Assembly: GCA_951406725.2 (NCBI GenBank)
Contig: OX597814.1
Coordinates: 159,960,001 to 160,024,000, forward strand
Reading direction: 5' to 3'
DNA from: Octopus vulgaris
Taxonomy: Eukaryota
Length of the DNA: 64,000 bases
Every line of letters starts with the position of its first letter. Position 1 is the first letter of the stretch. Shown here one piece after another: positions 12,801 to 26,677 of the stretch. Both the position numbers and the translations under genes were made by a program. The notes under the pieces are model-generated. The model was not told the DNA's origin. It saw nothing but the letters and a program-made list of their open reading frames with translations, and ran no database searches.

Positions 12801-15689
12801 CTACACGAGAACGTAAAATATATGGGTTGAATAACATTTTACTACACAAAATTACTTCATTTCAATGTTGGAGATGTGAAAAGCAGTAACGTTTGATATT
12901 GACTTTGAACAAACGTGTGTGTGTGTGTGTGTGTGTTTGTGAAGTGACTAAGAAACTAGGTGAATGACCAGAATGGTCATTTTTCGGTAAGTGTAAATAA
13001 TACAAGAAGAGTGAAAGACTACTTAGATGAGGTGGGGGATGAAGAGTTACAGCTAATTAAGAGGGGTGGAGTGGAGAATGGTTGTCTTTGTATTCAAAAA
13101 GCCATTGGTTGCCGCATGGGAGTATTTTTTCCCCTTCCAGATTCTTGTCCATCATTCTTATTTCCACTCTTAACCTTTCTCTCTCCTGTAATTATATTTT
13201 CTCTCTCTTCTCTCTCACAATATTTCAATATCACTCTCTCTTGATGTCAACTTCATTATTTTTTTCAACCATTTTTATCCCCCTTCCTTTTATTACTTCA
13301 TCTTTTTTTCTCTGTCTTTGCTTGCTCTTTTTGCTTTTCTCTCTCTTCATCTTACTCTTTCTCTCTCTCTCTCTCTCTCATCCCGCTCTTTCTCTATCTC
13401 TCCACCCCCACCCCTTCTCTCTCCTTCATCTTTCTATTCCTCTCTCAGTTCTATCTGCTGTCCTTACTTTCATTTCTCCCTCCCTCGCTCCTCGAGTCTT
13501 CTCTTTAATGATGAATTAGAGAACTTCAATTATTTGCAACTGCTTAAGAACATAAAATGCTCCTTGCCATCCCCAGACCCTTTATAGCCAGTCTTTGTGC
13601 AGAGCAAGCTAGCATACAAGCACCTATCATTAACAGGAAATTAGACACAAATGAGTGACGGTAGGAGTGGGAGGAGGGAGTGTAAGAGCTGCCTTGTGTC
13701 TCCCTAAAGGTGTCACTCGGCATTGCTATGAAAATAACAGGCTAGCACTAGAGTTTGCCACAAATTAGATTATAACTTCAAACAGTGTTATAACACTAGT
13801 AATAGGCCATTGTACCAAGTCTGTCATTATGTAAGTAATATCTTGTCACAACGGCTTAATTAACACAGATAACGAGCTAACAGCTAACGGTCGTCAGAAA
13901 CTGGATAGTGATGCTAGTCGTACAGTTTTAGGGATCAACTGAAATAGAAGTAACTGCTTAGGATTCCTACAGGCTGCCTCTTGTGTTCATTGGTGGTGTT
14001 ATCATTGAAGCTAGTTATCTGGATGTGTTAAATAACTTGTGAATTGTATTGAGAGATAGCTGCTATAGCCATTGTTGAATGGTTTAACTAATATAGTCTT
14101 TGTCTAAATTTTTCTAGCCTATAAAATTCTTACCTGGTCTTAAATTGTGTCTGTTATTATCAGACACTGTATAATTATATCATTGTCTGTTCACTGTGTA
14201 TATGAAGAGAGACAACAAATCTATATCTTTTCCAATACAGTTGTCAGCTTGTATAAGTTCTTATAGCCTCCTGTTCATTAGACCATTATGATTACAGCTT
14301 CTTTCTTTTTGGTTTGCCAGTCTATTTTTGTGTAGCTGTGCATATATGCATGCTTACATTAATTCTTTTTTCTGGAGTACCACAGTTTTTAACAAGTAAC
14401 AGTCATGTCTCAAATTTACCTCTTTCATTATGCTATGAGACACAAGTACTATACAGACAGAAGCATTTCACAGTGACAATAAGAACTAAACTTAAAACAA
14501 TAAAATCCATTTAAATATATAGTATGGGTAGTGGTGGGCAGAATCAATTGAGTGTTTGGTAAACTACTTGTGCATAGTGTTGTAGAGGGTTGATATAACT
14601 GTATTCTTGAAGATGACATCCCAGCATGGCTAAAGTAAAAGAACTAAAGAATGCACTCTTTTACTTGTTTCAGTCATTTGACTGTGGCTATGCTGGAGTA
14701 CCACCTTTAGTCAACCAAATTGACCTCAGGACTTATTCTTTGTAAGCCTAGTACTTATTCAATACAGCTTGGTACCAGTAACGTCGCAACTCATTTCTAC
14801 AGCTGAGTGAACTGGAGCAATGTGAAATAAAATGTCTTGCTCAAGAACACAACCTGATCTGGGAATCAAACTTCATGATTTTGAGCCCGATGCTCTAATT
14901 ATTGAGCCATGTGCTTTAACTATTGACATTGTTTTGAACTAATCATGCATTATCTTGCAGCTTTGTTTGAGATTTCAATGATGTGTTTGAGTGGCCAGAT
15001 CTTGACAGGTAGAATATTTGGGCCAGATACAGTCAGTTTAAATGTTAAAGGGTTAATATTATCTGTGTGCACAAAGATAACACAGGCTCTGTTGACAAGG
15101 GACAGGAAATCCCAGATGTAATTTGAAAAAGTAAGGGTGCTTGTAGATTGTGGAGTTCTTGACAACATCTTTTCCTGAGGCTTATATTGCTTACATCTTA
15201 CTGCTGTTTAACCCTAAGTCAATCTCTTTTGAACAGACCTATGATTAAAGTTGATTCAACCTTGACCATCAAGTCTTTCTTTTTTTGCTTTTTCAGGTAT
15301 GATGGTATATAAAGTCTACATTATCTATTGTATTTCTCCCTGAGGATATTATTTAAGAGACATTTAGCTACTATTTCTAGCAGGTCAAGCATTTATATGA
15401 ACTCCCTCATTTGCTTGATTTCATTAGTGCATAGGTCATTTTGAGTGGAAGCAAGAATTTAACCACTTCTTTAAAAATTGCTATAAAGAATTTCCTGTTT
15501 TTTTTAAATTTAATGAAGTTTATGTTTGTTATAGTTACATAACAAAATACGGTATCCTTACAGCAATTAATGTATAAATAATTATAAATTTGCTGATTAC
15601 TCTTTTTTACAGTCATCTACTGATGTCTTCAATCTTTCAGTATTCAAATGTAATTACTAATATAACCTTGTTCTGTTTTTTTTTTGCAG

Positions 15690-15761
15690 AATTTCCCCTA
15701 CACTAAAGTTGATGTACCAACTATTATTGCTAAAGCATGTGAGCTGGATGGATACAGGTAG
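15690..15761 (+). CDS. Candidate last coding exon (NFPYTKVDVPTIIAKACELDGYR*); exon continues to 15790
   Basis: Strong acceptor (long T run + GCAG, AG at 15688-15689), tandem TAG TAG at 15759-15764, consensus donor GTAAGT at 15791. Confidence 0.65.
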   Translation, partial: NFPYTKVDVPTIIAKACELDGYR

Positions 15762-15942
15762 TAGATATCAGTGGGACTGTTTCTATTTGGGTAAGTTTCA
15801 TTTGTTTTGGACTATCAAAGTCTCGTAAGTGACAGGGGCAGCATTAATACTGGGAAGTCATATTTATCCCCACTTAAACAGGATTTGTTCTAACAGAACT
15901 TCCGCATTCAAGTGGGGATAAATATTATCTTTCTGTGAAATA

Positions 15943-16475
15943 TTGGGTTGTCCGGAAAGTTTGTGCCAATTTTTAAAGGAAAGAAAAAGGTCAATAAATA
16001 CTTGCTATTACATTTTCAATCAACCAAATATGAACCATTTTGTTGCACAATGCGTCTCCATCTTTCCTTTAACTTGAAAATACCCTCTTCCCAGAATTGA
16101 CGAGGTTTCATGGCAAAGAATTCATCAAGGTATCTTTTTACGTCATCCAAGGAATTGAAATTTTTACCATTAAGACTATTCTGCAGAGACCTGAATAAGT
16201 GGAAATCTGAAGGAGCAATATCTGGTGAATATGGAGGGTGGGGTAACACATCCCAGCCAAGCTGCAGCAATTTTTGTCTGGTTCCCAAAGCATCAAGTGC
16301 CGAAAATGAACTTTTTATCTTCCATTTTAAAGGGTTACAGAATTAACACAGGTTATAGGAACATAAACCTTCTTCCACGAAAAGATAGCTTAAACTGTGC
16401 TCTAAATGGAGGTGTAGTCAAATCCTATTTTATGGATTCAACCATGTTCTAAAAGGTAAATTACTATAAATTGGC
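15943..16475 (-). mobile_element. Internally deleted mariner transposon
   Basis: ORF 16016-16288 has HPPYSPDIAPSDFHLF (mariner YSPDLAPSD motif); TA|TTGGGTTGTCCGGAAAGT TIR at 15941; N-terminal MEDKK..HFRHLML remnant from 16325. Confidence 0.9.
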
Positions 16476-16599
16476 TTAAAGACCATCCAGCATGGACCAA
16501 ATCACATTTCTTCAAAACAATAGCAGCAACTTCATGCTTTAATACCAAAATGGTACATAGTACCATTATATTCAACAGAGTAACTCTCAAAGGAAAATT

Positions 16600-16768
16600 T
16601 AGTCAAGTAAATTGACCCCAGGACTTATTCTTTGGAAGCCTAGTACTTATTCTATCAGTCACTTTTGCCGAACCATTAAGTTACGGGGACGTAAACACAC
16701 CAGCATCGGTTGTCAAGTGATGTTGGGGGGACAAACATATACACACACACACACATATATATACATAC

Positions 16769-16805
<37 letters not shown>

Positions 16806-16990
16806 TGTATACATATACATATATACGACGGACTTCTTTCAGTTTCTGTCTATCAAATCCACTCACAAGGCTTTGGTCAGCCCAAGGCTATAGTAGAAGA
16901 CACTTGCTGAAGGTGCCACACAGTGGGACAGAACCCGGAACCATGTGGTTCGTAAGCAAGCTACTTACCACACAGCTACTCCTACACCTA
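16600..16990 (-). mobile_element. SINE family A copy
   Basis: Reverse complement of the family A pattern with an internal TA microsatellite. Confidence 0.85.
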
Positions 16991-17450
16991 TGTCAATATA
17001 ATGCTCTGATTTTGCTGAAGCAATTCCATACGATGGTATCATTGAATGTAAATAATTATGTGTGTATAATAGGTTTCCATACAGTTTCTGTCTCCCAATT
17101 CCACTCACAATGTATTGGTTGATTTGTGGCTATAGCAGAAAACACTTGCACCCAAGGTGCTGTACAGTGGGAATGGAACCTGAAACAAGAATGGCTGCAA
17201 AGCAAACTTCTTAACCACTTGGCCATGCTTGTATTTACACTCAAATGAGAAAACAATAGTATTAAAATCTAAATTCATCAGATTATGGTTTCTTTATAGT
17301 TAATACTGCTTCTTAGAACCTTTTTTCTTTTTTTCTTTTTTTACAGTTTTGCTGATTGAGATTACTTAGCAATATCAGCTGAAAATATTTTTTGAGATTG
17401 TTTTCATTGATATTTGAATAATTTTTTTTTTTTGTTTTGTTTACTTTCAG

Positions 17451-18010
17451 ACTCCTGTTATTGTTACTGTGTAAAGTTCGGGGTGTGTGGCAGAATTAAT
17501 CCCATGTCACTCTCTGTTCTGACTTGGCACCAACTACAACTAAAGCATGGCTCTGCTAATATTCTTTCTAGCCACATCAAATTTACACCGCTACGTTTCC
17601 ACACCACTATGGCTTTAGTGTGCAATTTTTACATGCTCTCCTCTATTCACCGTTGTTTATACCTGTCTACATACAAGCCAGTTTGTTCAATTCTGTCATG
17701 GTTAAAATACTCAGCTCATTTTGTTCAGCCATGATAACGAAACCAAACTTACTAACTAACTATTGCTTGTTCATCCAAAAACTGCATCAGTACTTGTAAC
17801 ACAACTACTAATACTATTACTACTACTACCACCGTTTAAATGCTAACACTATATTTAAAGATGAGGCTTGCTCTCCTCCCCTGCCTTCTCATTTTTATAC
17901 ACATCCCTTTACACATGCACTATAGCAACTGCATGAAAAAATTTGAGATTGGGAATGAGTTTCTGAAGTATACGGCTTCAGGAATATTTTGTTTTGGTGG
18001 CGAAAATAAA
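17451..18010 (+). other. Candidate 3' UTR exon of the host gene (end uncertain)
   Basis: Long pyrimidine tract + tttcAG at 17449-17450, then repeat-free sequence; AATAAA at ~18005. An alternative acceptor lies at ~17345. Confidence 0.4.
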
Positions 18011-20929
18011 TACTAAATTCTGGTTTATTTTCTATTTTGTAAGAACATCTCTAAATGTGTTGGTGAGTAGTCTGTGATTCCATAAGAACTGATTACAAGA
18101 ATTGATAATTTCAAGTTCAGTTGTGAGTAAAGCAATGTTTAAGTCTCTAAAACATCAAGAAGTAGCTGTTTACGGTTTATTTAAACACTCTATTTGTATT
18201 CTTTGATGATTTTTCAATTGATTTGGATTGATCCAAATTTTTCATTAAGAAATTCACTTCATTATCACTAATGGGCCACACAGTTATTACAGTAAAGTAG
18301 CTGGGGAAGAAATTATCATCATGAGAAACTATTCAATTCTTTGTTTTATTATTTTTTTTTTTTTTTCAATTTAGCCCTAGATGATATTTTAATTATTTCA
18401 TCAAATAATTCATTACTCTAATTTAGTTTGACTGAAATAATCAAATGTTTTAACTCCCTTTTAAAAAAATAAATGAATAACAAACAGCACTAAATAATGA
18501 CTTCTTTTTCTAGACTATCCCAAAACCTGATTTTTATTGCTAAAATATGGCTATAGTGCTATTGGTTTTGAAAAGAAACTGAAAAGAGCCTACGTGAATC
18601 TCTACTTTCAATTGTGGATTTATGTTAGTATTGCAGATTCCCCTAATGACAAAAATAAAAATGGTAACTGTTATTATCTAAGCACTAAAATATTCTGGAG
18701 AGTCCATGTTTGGTGTGAGTATGCCTACAGGTGTAGATTTTATACCACTGTTATTTGTTTTACAGTGATTGTTGATATATCGACCTTTCTTTAGCAAGTC
18801 AAATTTGTAATTCACTGAAAATGTCTATACTGATATACTAAGTCATAGTTGATGCTGGCTAGATATATCAGCTATTGGTCTACTGGCCAAAGTGTCATAA
18901 GTTACTGTGCTGTGTTTATGGCTAGCACACAAGTCAATATTCAATTCAAATGTACCCCTTGTAAGTACATCTCACTGCTGTGAGCAATAGGGTCATAATA
19001 TAACTGACAAGTGTTCTGTTAGCTTGCAGTGTTAGCTGAGTTCAGTTCCCAGTTTAACACCACCTCCTGGCCCATGGGTGCTTTTCAGTTACACTCTGTT
19101 GTAATAATTTCAATCAGGTCTCTGGTCTGAAGATAACTTCCCATTTGTCACAGGAACTTTGAAAAGAGTCATGGCACTGTCATTCCTCCTGTGGGGAAGC
19201 CATTAAAAGAAAACTCCTACCATAGGCAATAACAAAGAGAGAAGGAACTTTGGTATGTTTTTGTGGTATGTCAACAGTACAGTGTTTACTGGAACCACTG
19301 CCACAACAACCTTGTAAGTTGTATTTTGGAATGCTGTGATAGACTGTATCTAGACTATACAACTCTATCGCCCTTGAACAACAAGCTTTATACATCATGT
19401 AGAAACAGTAGAACAATGGTAAATGCTTTACAAATCAAGTGAATATAGCTTTGATTCTCAATTACAACCACTTCACTTGTATTACTCATATTCATGAAAA
19501 CATCATGCACATCACAACTCACTTTCTTTCACCTGGTAAATTTGAGACTTTATGCCTATGTAAAATAATTAGAATTACGAACTGTCTACCTAAGAGTAGT
19601 GGGGTGTAAAATGCTCTTGAGCACTAGAAGATATCTAGTTTTAAACTGAGTTTAATCTCTGCTGAAGCTGATTTTGTCTTTCATGATATAATGATCACAA
19701 GTTGATTCAATATGTCATACCTCTTCCCTGTAAATGTTTGCCTTGTACTGGAGTTAACAGAAATAATTACCTTATTAATTGATGCTATACAGTGTAAGTT
19801 CTTCAAGAAATTAACCATGGTTACTTAATTTATTTCATTTAGTTTTGTTGTTGTTTCACACTGGGTCAGTCCTAATAGAACAAACTTATGATCAAAAGCA
19901 TTCCAGCCATGATCATTGGGAAGGGAATATTATGTATGTATCTATGATTATGATATTCAAAATGTCCTTACCATTTTAAGACAGTAGGATATGATTAGAA
20001 AGAGATTTGGTTGCTATATCTAGCAGATTAAGTGATCACATAGAGGATCCCTCATTATATCACATGTTTCTATTTCCTTTCTCTTATAATTTTGTTTATG
20101 AAATTATCATTATTGGAATGGCAGCTATGGTATGACATTAAATTCTTGGTTAATCAAATCTTTAACATGATTTTGAGCCAAAGTTCATTTCTGTTTGGAT
20201 CAGTACATATAAATATAATGCTTTTAAAAAGGAATAACCTTCTATTGCAAAGTAAATGGTGTCAATTCTCTGAACCAAGGATAAAAACGTCCCTTCTCAC
20301 CTGTCTCAGAGCTGTTAGATGCATTACAGGTACTGCACTTACTCCTCTGAATTACCCTTTGATAAAATGAATAAATAAAAAAACAAAATACCTTTCCCTT
20401 AGATATCAATCCTTTTACTTTTATGATAAGTATCATTAGCATTTGAACCTGGGCCACTTTTGGCTTCAGACTACAATGTTGTAATGATTTCACACTGACA
20501 TTGGATACTTCTGAATTCAAATAGCACTTGGAGTGATTTTTGCTTTCATTCCTGCAGGAATTGATAACATAAATAAAATTAATATGCAAAGATTGGTTCC
20601 ATAAAAAAAGAACCCTCTGACTTTGTACCTACTCAGAAGAAATTGTTATAACCATAGAAGTAGCAATACTGTTTATATTATGAATTGGCTGTTCCTTCCA
20701 TTGTGCCAATGTAGAAAATCTTGGCAGAATCATTAGAATATCAGACAGTATTTAGTTTTGGCCCTTTGCATTCTGAGTTCAAATCTTACCAAGGGCTATT
20801 TTACATTTCACTCTTCTAAAGTTGATAAAATACAGTGTTAATCAAGTGTTGGGATTAATATACTTGACTCTTCTGTCCCACCAAAATTTCTTGCTTTGTG
20901 CCTATGTAAGAAATCATTACTATTATTGT

Positions 20930-21615
20930 TATTATTATTATTGTGCTGGACAAAATGTTTAGCAGCATTTTTTCTGGCTTTTTACATTTTGAGTTAAAAC
21001 CATGTTGAGGTCAAGTTTACTTTCCACCCTTTTGGAGTTGATGAAATAAAGTATAAGTGAAGTACTAGGATTGATGTTATCAACAATTCCCTCCCCTTAA
21101 AATAACTGGCCATGTGCCCGAATTTGAAATCATTATTATTGTTATTAAAGCAGTGAGCTGGCAGAATCGTTAGCGCGCTAGACAAGATACTTAGCGGTAT
21201 TTTGCCCAAATATTTCTGAGTCCAAATTCTGCCGAAGTCGACTTTGCCTTTAGTTCTTTCAGGGTTGTTAAGTACCAGTTGAACACTGGGGTTGTTGTAA
21301 TCGACTCATCCCCTCCCCACAAAATTGCTGCCCTTATGGCAAAATTTGAAACCATTATTATTATTACTACTACTACTACTATTACTAATACTACTACTAA
21401 TGCAGCGAGCTGGCAGAATCGTTAACACTCTGAGCAAAATATTTAGTGGCATTTCATCTTTCTTCACTTTCTGAGTTCAAATTCTGCCGAGGTCAACTTT
21501 GCCTTTCATCCTTTTGGTGGGGTCAATAAAATAAGTACCAGTTGAACACTGGGGTTGATGTAATTGATTCATCCCCTCCCCCAAAATCATTGCACTTGTG
21601 ACAAAATTTGAAACT
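20930..21615 (+). mobile_element. Cluster of three SINE family B copies
   Basis: Repeated gagctggcagaatcgtta...ctgagttcaaattctgccga.gtc.actttgcctttcatcc...aagtaccagttgaacactgggg. Confidence 0.8.
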
Positions 21616-23599
21616 ATTATTATTATGTGGCCTGATACCAAAATTTGAAACAATTATGTTTTCTATATTACATGCTATGACTTTTACATTCTGTTTTTCA
21701 TTTCCCTATTATTACTAAACCGAGTACCATTAATACAGTGGGATCCATTCAGTTAGTTGTGCCTGTTGTTTCCTGTAAACATTGGTGTTATTTCAAAACC
21801 AAAGAAATTGTTGCTTCCTGTTTTATTGTTTTCTCTCTTTTTTGGGCAACTATTTGTCAGAAATACTCAAACTTTCCTTTTCTAATTAGCTGTAATTCTG
21901 GCTCCCTTTTTACCACCATAACCCAAGACTGCATTTTCATCCTATGGGACTTCTGAACTGCTGCTGATTCTTATTTTATGGATGTCTGGCTCTGTTTGGA
22001 TTTGAACTAAGAAGTATGCTTATCACAAAATTAGTGCTTATAAACATCCATTCTAATTATCTAAGTCTGCATTATCTCAGTTATTAATTTACATACACAT
22101 AAATATTAGATCTTCCAATCCCTATCTGTTCTAGATGCCAAAACAATTGCTGACTAAGATAGTTACTTAAATCTCACCGGCTTAATCCCACAACTGTAGA
22201 TAGGTGCCAGAAATAGGTTCAGTTCATCACTGTATTGAGCCTGACCAATGTGTAATTACTGTGTATTTAGTTAGCTTGCAGTATTGAATTCAAGTTCGTC
22301 TGTGGGTCTGGAGAAGTCAAGAAGTTGCTCCATTGCTTAGCTCTATACAAGAATCCTTACTTAGCTTGATTAGACTCAATCTCTGGCTTTGATTTGGTTT
22401 GCAAGTGATGATTTGTATGCAGCAGTCAAAACTAACTACATTACACTCCTTATATACAAATATCACTTTTACTTCACTACATTACATTTCATCATATATT
22501 TGATATTCATTTGAGCTTAAACTTCTTCAAAGCATTTTCATAATTAGATATAATTGGCAATGTAATTAAAACATTGGATTGGAGAAATTGTATTGCACTA
22601 TTTATCCTGACTTTTTGAATTCTGAGTTCAGTTCTCACTGACATCAACTTTGCCTTTCCTAGTTCCAGTCTTGGGCAATGGATTGGCAGAATTGTTACAG
22701 TATCAGATAAGTTGTCTTATAGTAATTTCTATTGCTCTTTGTATTCTGAGTTCAAATCCTGCTGTGGCCATCTTGGGTACTTGACTTAATCCGTAACCCA
22801 CCCAATTAAACACCATCATCTAATCCTTGGCTTAGAGTCTGCTTTGTTGCTAGTATTTTGGCCAAGTCTTTGGTTTGAAGGTACATTCCCCTACCCCTCC
22901 CACCAACCCTGAAGATTCCATACAAGATCATGAGCAATGTCTTTCCTCCTAACTGATAAAAACTCAGTTATCTTGTCATACTATAAAATATCCTTAGTGC
23001 TGTGAATTGGCTGAATCAGTAGCATGTCAGTATTTAGTTATACCCCTTTATGTTCTGAGTTCAAATTCCACTGAAATAAACTTAACCTGTTATTATTCCA
23101 AGTTCAATAAAATAAAGTGCAGGAGTAGATTTAATTGATTATATATCTCTCTCTAAACATTGTAATTTTTTTACCAGTGTTAGAAAGCAATATATAACAA
23201 CCTTACAATATTTAGATATCCTTTTAACTTCTGAGTTCACCCCTTTGTGGACAATGAAATAAAGTCTAGATGCATTGAGTTATTCTCTTCTGCTCTGCAA
23301 TAGTATATCTTTGTATCAATGTCCTGACTTTCTTCTGTTGGCTCTCAGCTCCTGATAAAGTCATGTAGATGGGCATTGTATCACATGGTGTGTCTTAACC
23401 CTTTAACATTTAGATTACTCTGCCAAATGTAATACTTATTTATTCACATTGTTTTGAATTAATCATGCATTATCTCATGGCTTCAAAATTTTGATGATGT
23501 GGTTGTTTATTTTTAGAAATATAGGGCATCAGTATATGGCCAGGTCTGGCTGGTTTGAACATAAAATAGGTAAAATATTTAAGCCAGATATCTCTTTCT

Positions 23600-23935
23600 C
23601 TTTTTCACTTGTTTCAGTCATATGACTGCGGCCATGCTGGAGCACCGCCTTTAGAGTCAAGCAAATCGACCCCAGGACTTATTCTTTGGAAGCTTAGTAC
23701 TTTTGCCGAACTGCTAAGTTACGGGGACATAAACGCACCACTATCGGTTGTTAAGCGATGTTGGAAGGACACATACATATATATACGATGGGCTTCTTTC
23801 AGTTTCCATCTGCCAAATCCACTCAAGGCTTTGGTTGGCTGAGGCTATAGTAGAAGACACTTGCCCACGCAGTGGGAATGAACCCGGAACCCTGTGGTTG
23901 GTAAGCAAGCTACTTACCACACAGCCACTCCTGTG
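23600..23935 (-). mobile_element. SINE family A copy
   Basis: Reverse complement of the family A pattern. Confidence 0.85.
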
Positions 23936-25582
23936 CCAATATGGTCGGTTTAAATGCTAAATGGTTAATCATTTTAAACCTGGTGGATTTCATGCCTCTC
24001 CAGGTTTGAACAAGGCTGATTTCTGTCAGAAAGAAAGAAAAAAACATCAGCTTCAGTACTAGAAGTTTGAGTATCCCGGTAAAATGAAAGGCAAAGTTTA
24101 CATCGATGGGATTTGAACTCAGTATGCAGAAAGCTATAACGAATACTGCAAGACATTCTATTCAACATTTTAATGACTCTGCCAACTGGCTGTATTTTGT
24201 ACCTGTCTAAGAAATTATGATTATTAAGACTTAAGATAGAAACCACAATAAATACTGCATAGTATTTACTTTTATTTATCCCTCTTGGCCCTGACCATAC
24301 CAGTCCTACCAAGGTCCACTTATCCTTCCATCCTGCTAGGACCAGTAATATAATGGTTTTGGTTTAATCTCCTATTCAGTTCTGCCCTCATATCTACGTA
24401 AGAAATAAAAGAAAAAGAGCTTCCATGTGATCACCAAATAATCTAGAAATAGCAACCAAATTTTTTTTACTCACACTTTCACTTTCTTTAAAACAAGATG
24501 ATATCTAACAGTATATGGTAGTGGTTCTTGACTTTTACACTAATTGAGGATTATTTGTTTGAATTGATTTTCCCATGAAGGCTTTTGAAAAATTTGTCTA
24601 GTCAACCTTTTTTGAATTCAACTCACAGACCCCACTACCAGGAGTCTACAGACCTGAGCCTGAGAACCATTGCTATATTTGAGAATGTAGTATTAGAGAA
24701 AGAAAAAAATGACTGATGGTCATAGTTGGGAAGCTTTTAAACATAAGCCTGTTCAGTTAAGGCTATCCTGGAGTTAAACAGTAATTAATGCTGTCATCAT
24801 TTCATTTCCAATGGCAGTAGAAATCATGTAGATGAAACAATAACCATTAATCTAGCTACATTACTCATTAAACATTAAGTATTAATCTGGTCATATCAGC
24901 TATCATGATCTTTGTTTCGATTTGACTTTTAAATTAAATTTTGTTTATGTGTTTGTAGTTGTTGTTTAACTCAAAGCCATCAGTATTGTTGAACAGACTT
25001 TAATCAAAAGCTTTCTAGCTATGACCATCCTACCTTTTCCAGACATAGTATATCTAGGACTACAAAGCTTTATGTGTCCTTTCCCTTTTTTTAATTTTTT
25101 TTTAACCCTTTTGTGATCCAATGTCTTCTAAAATACTCTGTCTATGACTTTTAATTACTTTTTAAGATTATCAAGTATTTGGTGGCAATTAATAAAATAA
25201 ATAATTATGCTATTGGGAATTTTGTATTTGAAATATAATTTAACAAAAGGTTCTTATATTAAATTATGTTGGGATGTTTTAATTTAAATATTAATACTTT
25301 GAGAGGGTTAAGGTAGTATAATTTCAGGACATTGACAGCATAGAGGCTTCTTTGTATCCACCAAGAGTTTATAAAATAAAACTGTAGTGATATATAATAT
25401 CCACATCTTTTATGATAATATTGATCTTGTGTCTTAGCTATTGAAATAAAGTACAGGCTATTGTTAATGTCGTTTTACCCCAATTAAACCATGATTGATC
25501 AAAAGTATTTCAGTTTGGACTATTCCAAACATGTCCTTTTTTTTTTAGCTTGTTAGGGTGTGGTTTGAGAGAATTGTTCTGA

Positions 25583-25912
25583 TATCTCAACCAGGGTCCA
25601 TATAAGATGTTTGTGGGGTCCATGCAACAAGATAGTAAATTGGGAAGGGATCCACAATAATATTTTAAAGGCCCCTGAAAGAATTTTGCTTTAGATGTAT
25701 GTATTGGTATGTATTACAAGAACCAGCTATGTAGCTTTCTCTAACATTTTACATAGTTCATCCTATACAAGTTAATGGGTGAAAAACACAGTAGGAATTT
25801 TGAAAGAAACTTCTATAAAACTAGTTTTTAAACATCGAATGGCTATAGGGGTCCACTAGAATAAAATAGTAATCAAAGGGGTCCATAGATAAATAATGGT
25901 TGAGAACCCCTG
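25583..25912. mobile_element. hAT-type MITE
   Basis: Right end GGTTGAGAACCCCTG, decayed left end tctcaacc; internal similarity to 41093-41377. Confidence 0.6.
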
Positions 25913-26112
25913 ATAGAGAGACTTGTTCATTGGTCAAGGTGAACTTTGAGTGCTAGTGATCTGTCAACCTGCTGCCACTCAGTCAACTTGTAACCAAAAT
26001 ATCCTACTATCTAATCAGCCAGCAGAAAACTCAGTAACATAAATCCTACCAAAAATATAAAACCTTCATTATTTTGTTTGATATTTCCAACTTTAATTTT
26101 TCAGTTGAAAGC

Positions 26113-26165
<53 letters not shown>

Positions 26166-26622
26166 ATATTTTAAAGGCTTTATTGATTATTTTTTTATTA
26201 TCCTAAACTATAAATTTTAGAAACTACAAATGTAGATCTCTAATTCATAGTTCAAAAAAAAAAAAAAAGTTCCTATACAAGTTAATGGGTGAAAAACACA
26301 GTAGGAATTTTGAAAGAAACTTCTATAAAACTAGTTTTTAAACATCGAATGGCTATAGGGGTCCACTAGAATAAAATAGTAATCAAAGGGGTCCATAGAT
26401 AAATAATGGTTGAGAACCCCTGATAGAGAGACTTGTTCATTGGTCAAGGTGAAATTTGAGTGCTAGTGATCTGTCAACCTGCTGCCACTCAGTCAACTTG
26501 TAACCAAAATATCCTACTATCTAATCAGCCAGCAGAAAACTCAGTAACATAAATCCTACCAAAAATATAAAACCTTCATTATTTTGTTTGATATTTCCAA
26601 CTTTAATTTTTCAGTTGAAAGC

Positions 26623-26677
<55 letters not shown>

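Noticed and set aside
12960-13587. Overlapping Leu/Ser/Phe-rich ORFs
   Set aside because: Translation of CT-rich low-complexity sequence.
19153-19251. Exon-like segment (cacAG...GTATGT)
   Set aside because: Stops in all three frames; at best non-coding and unsupported.
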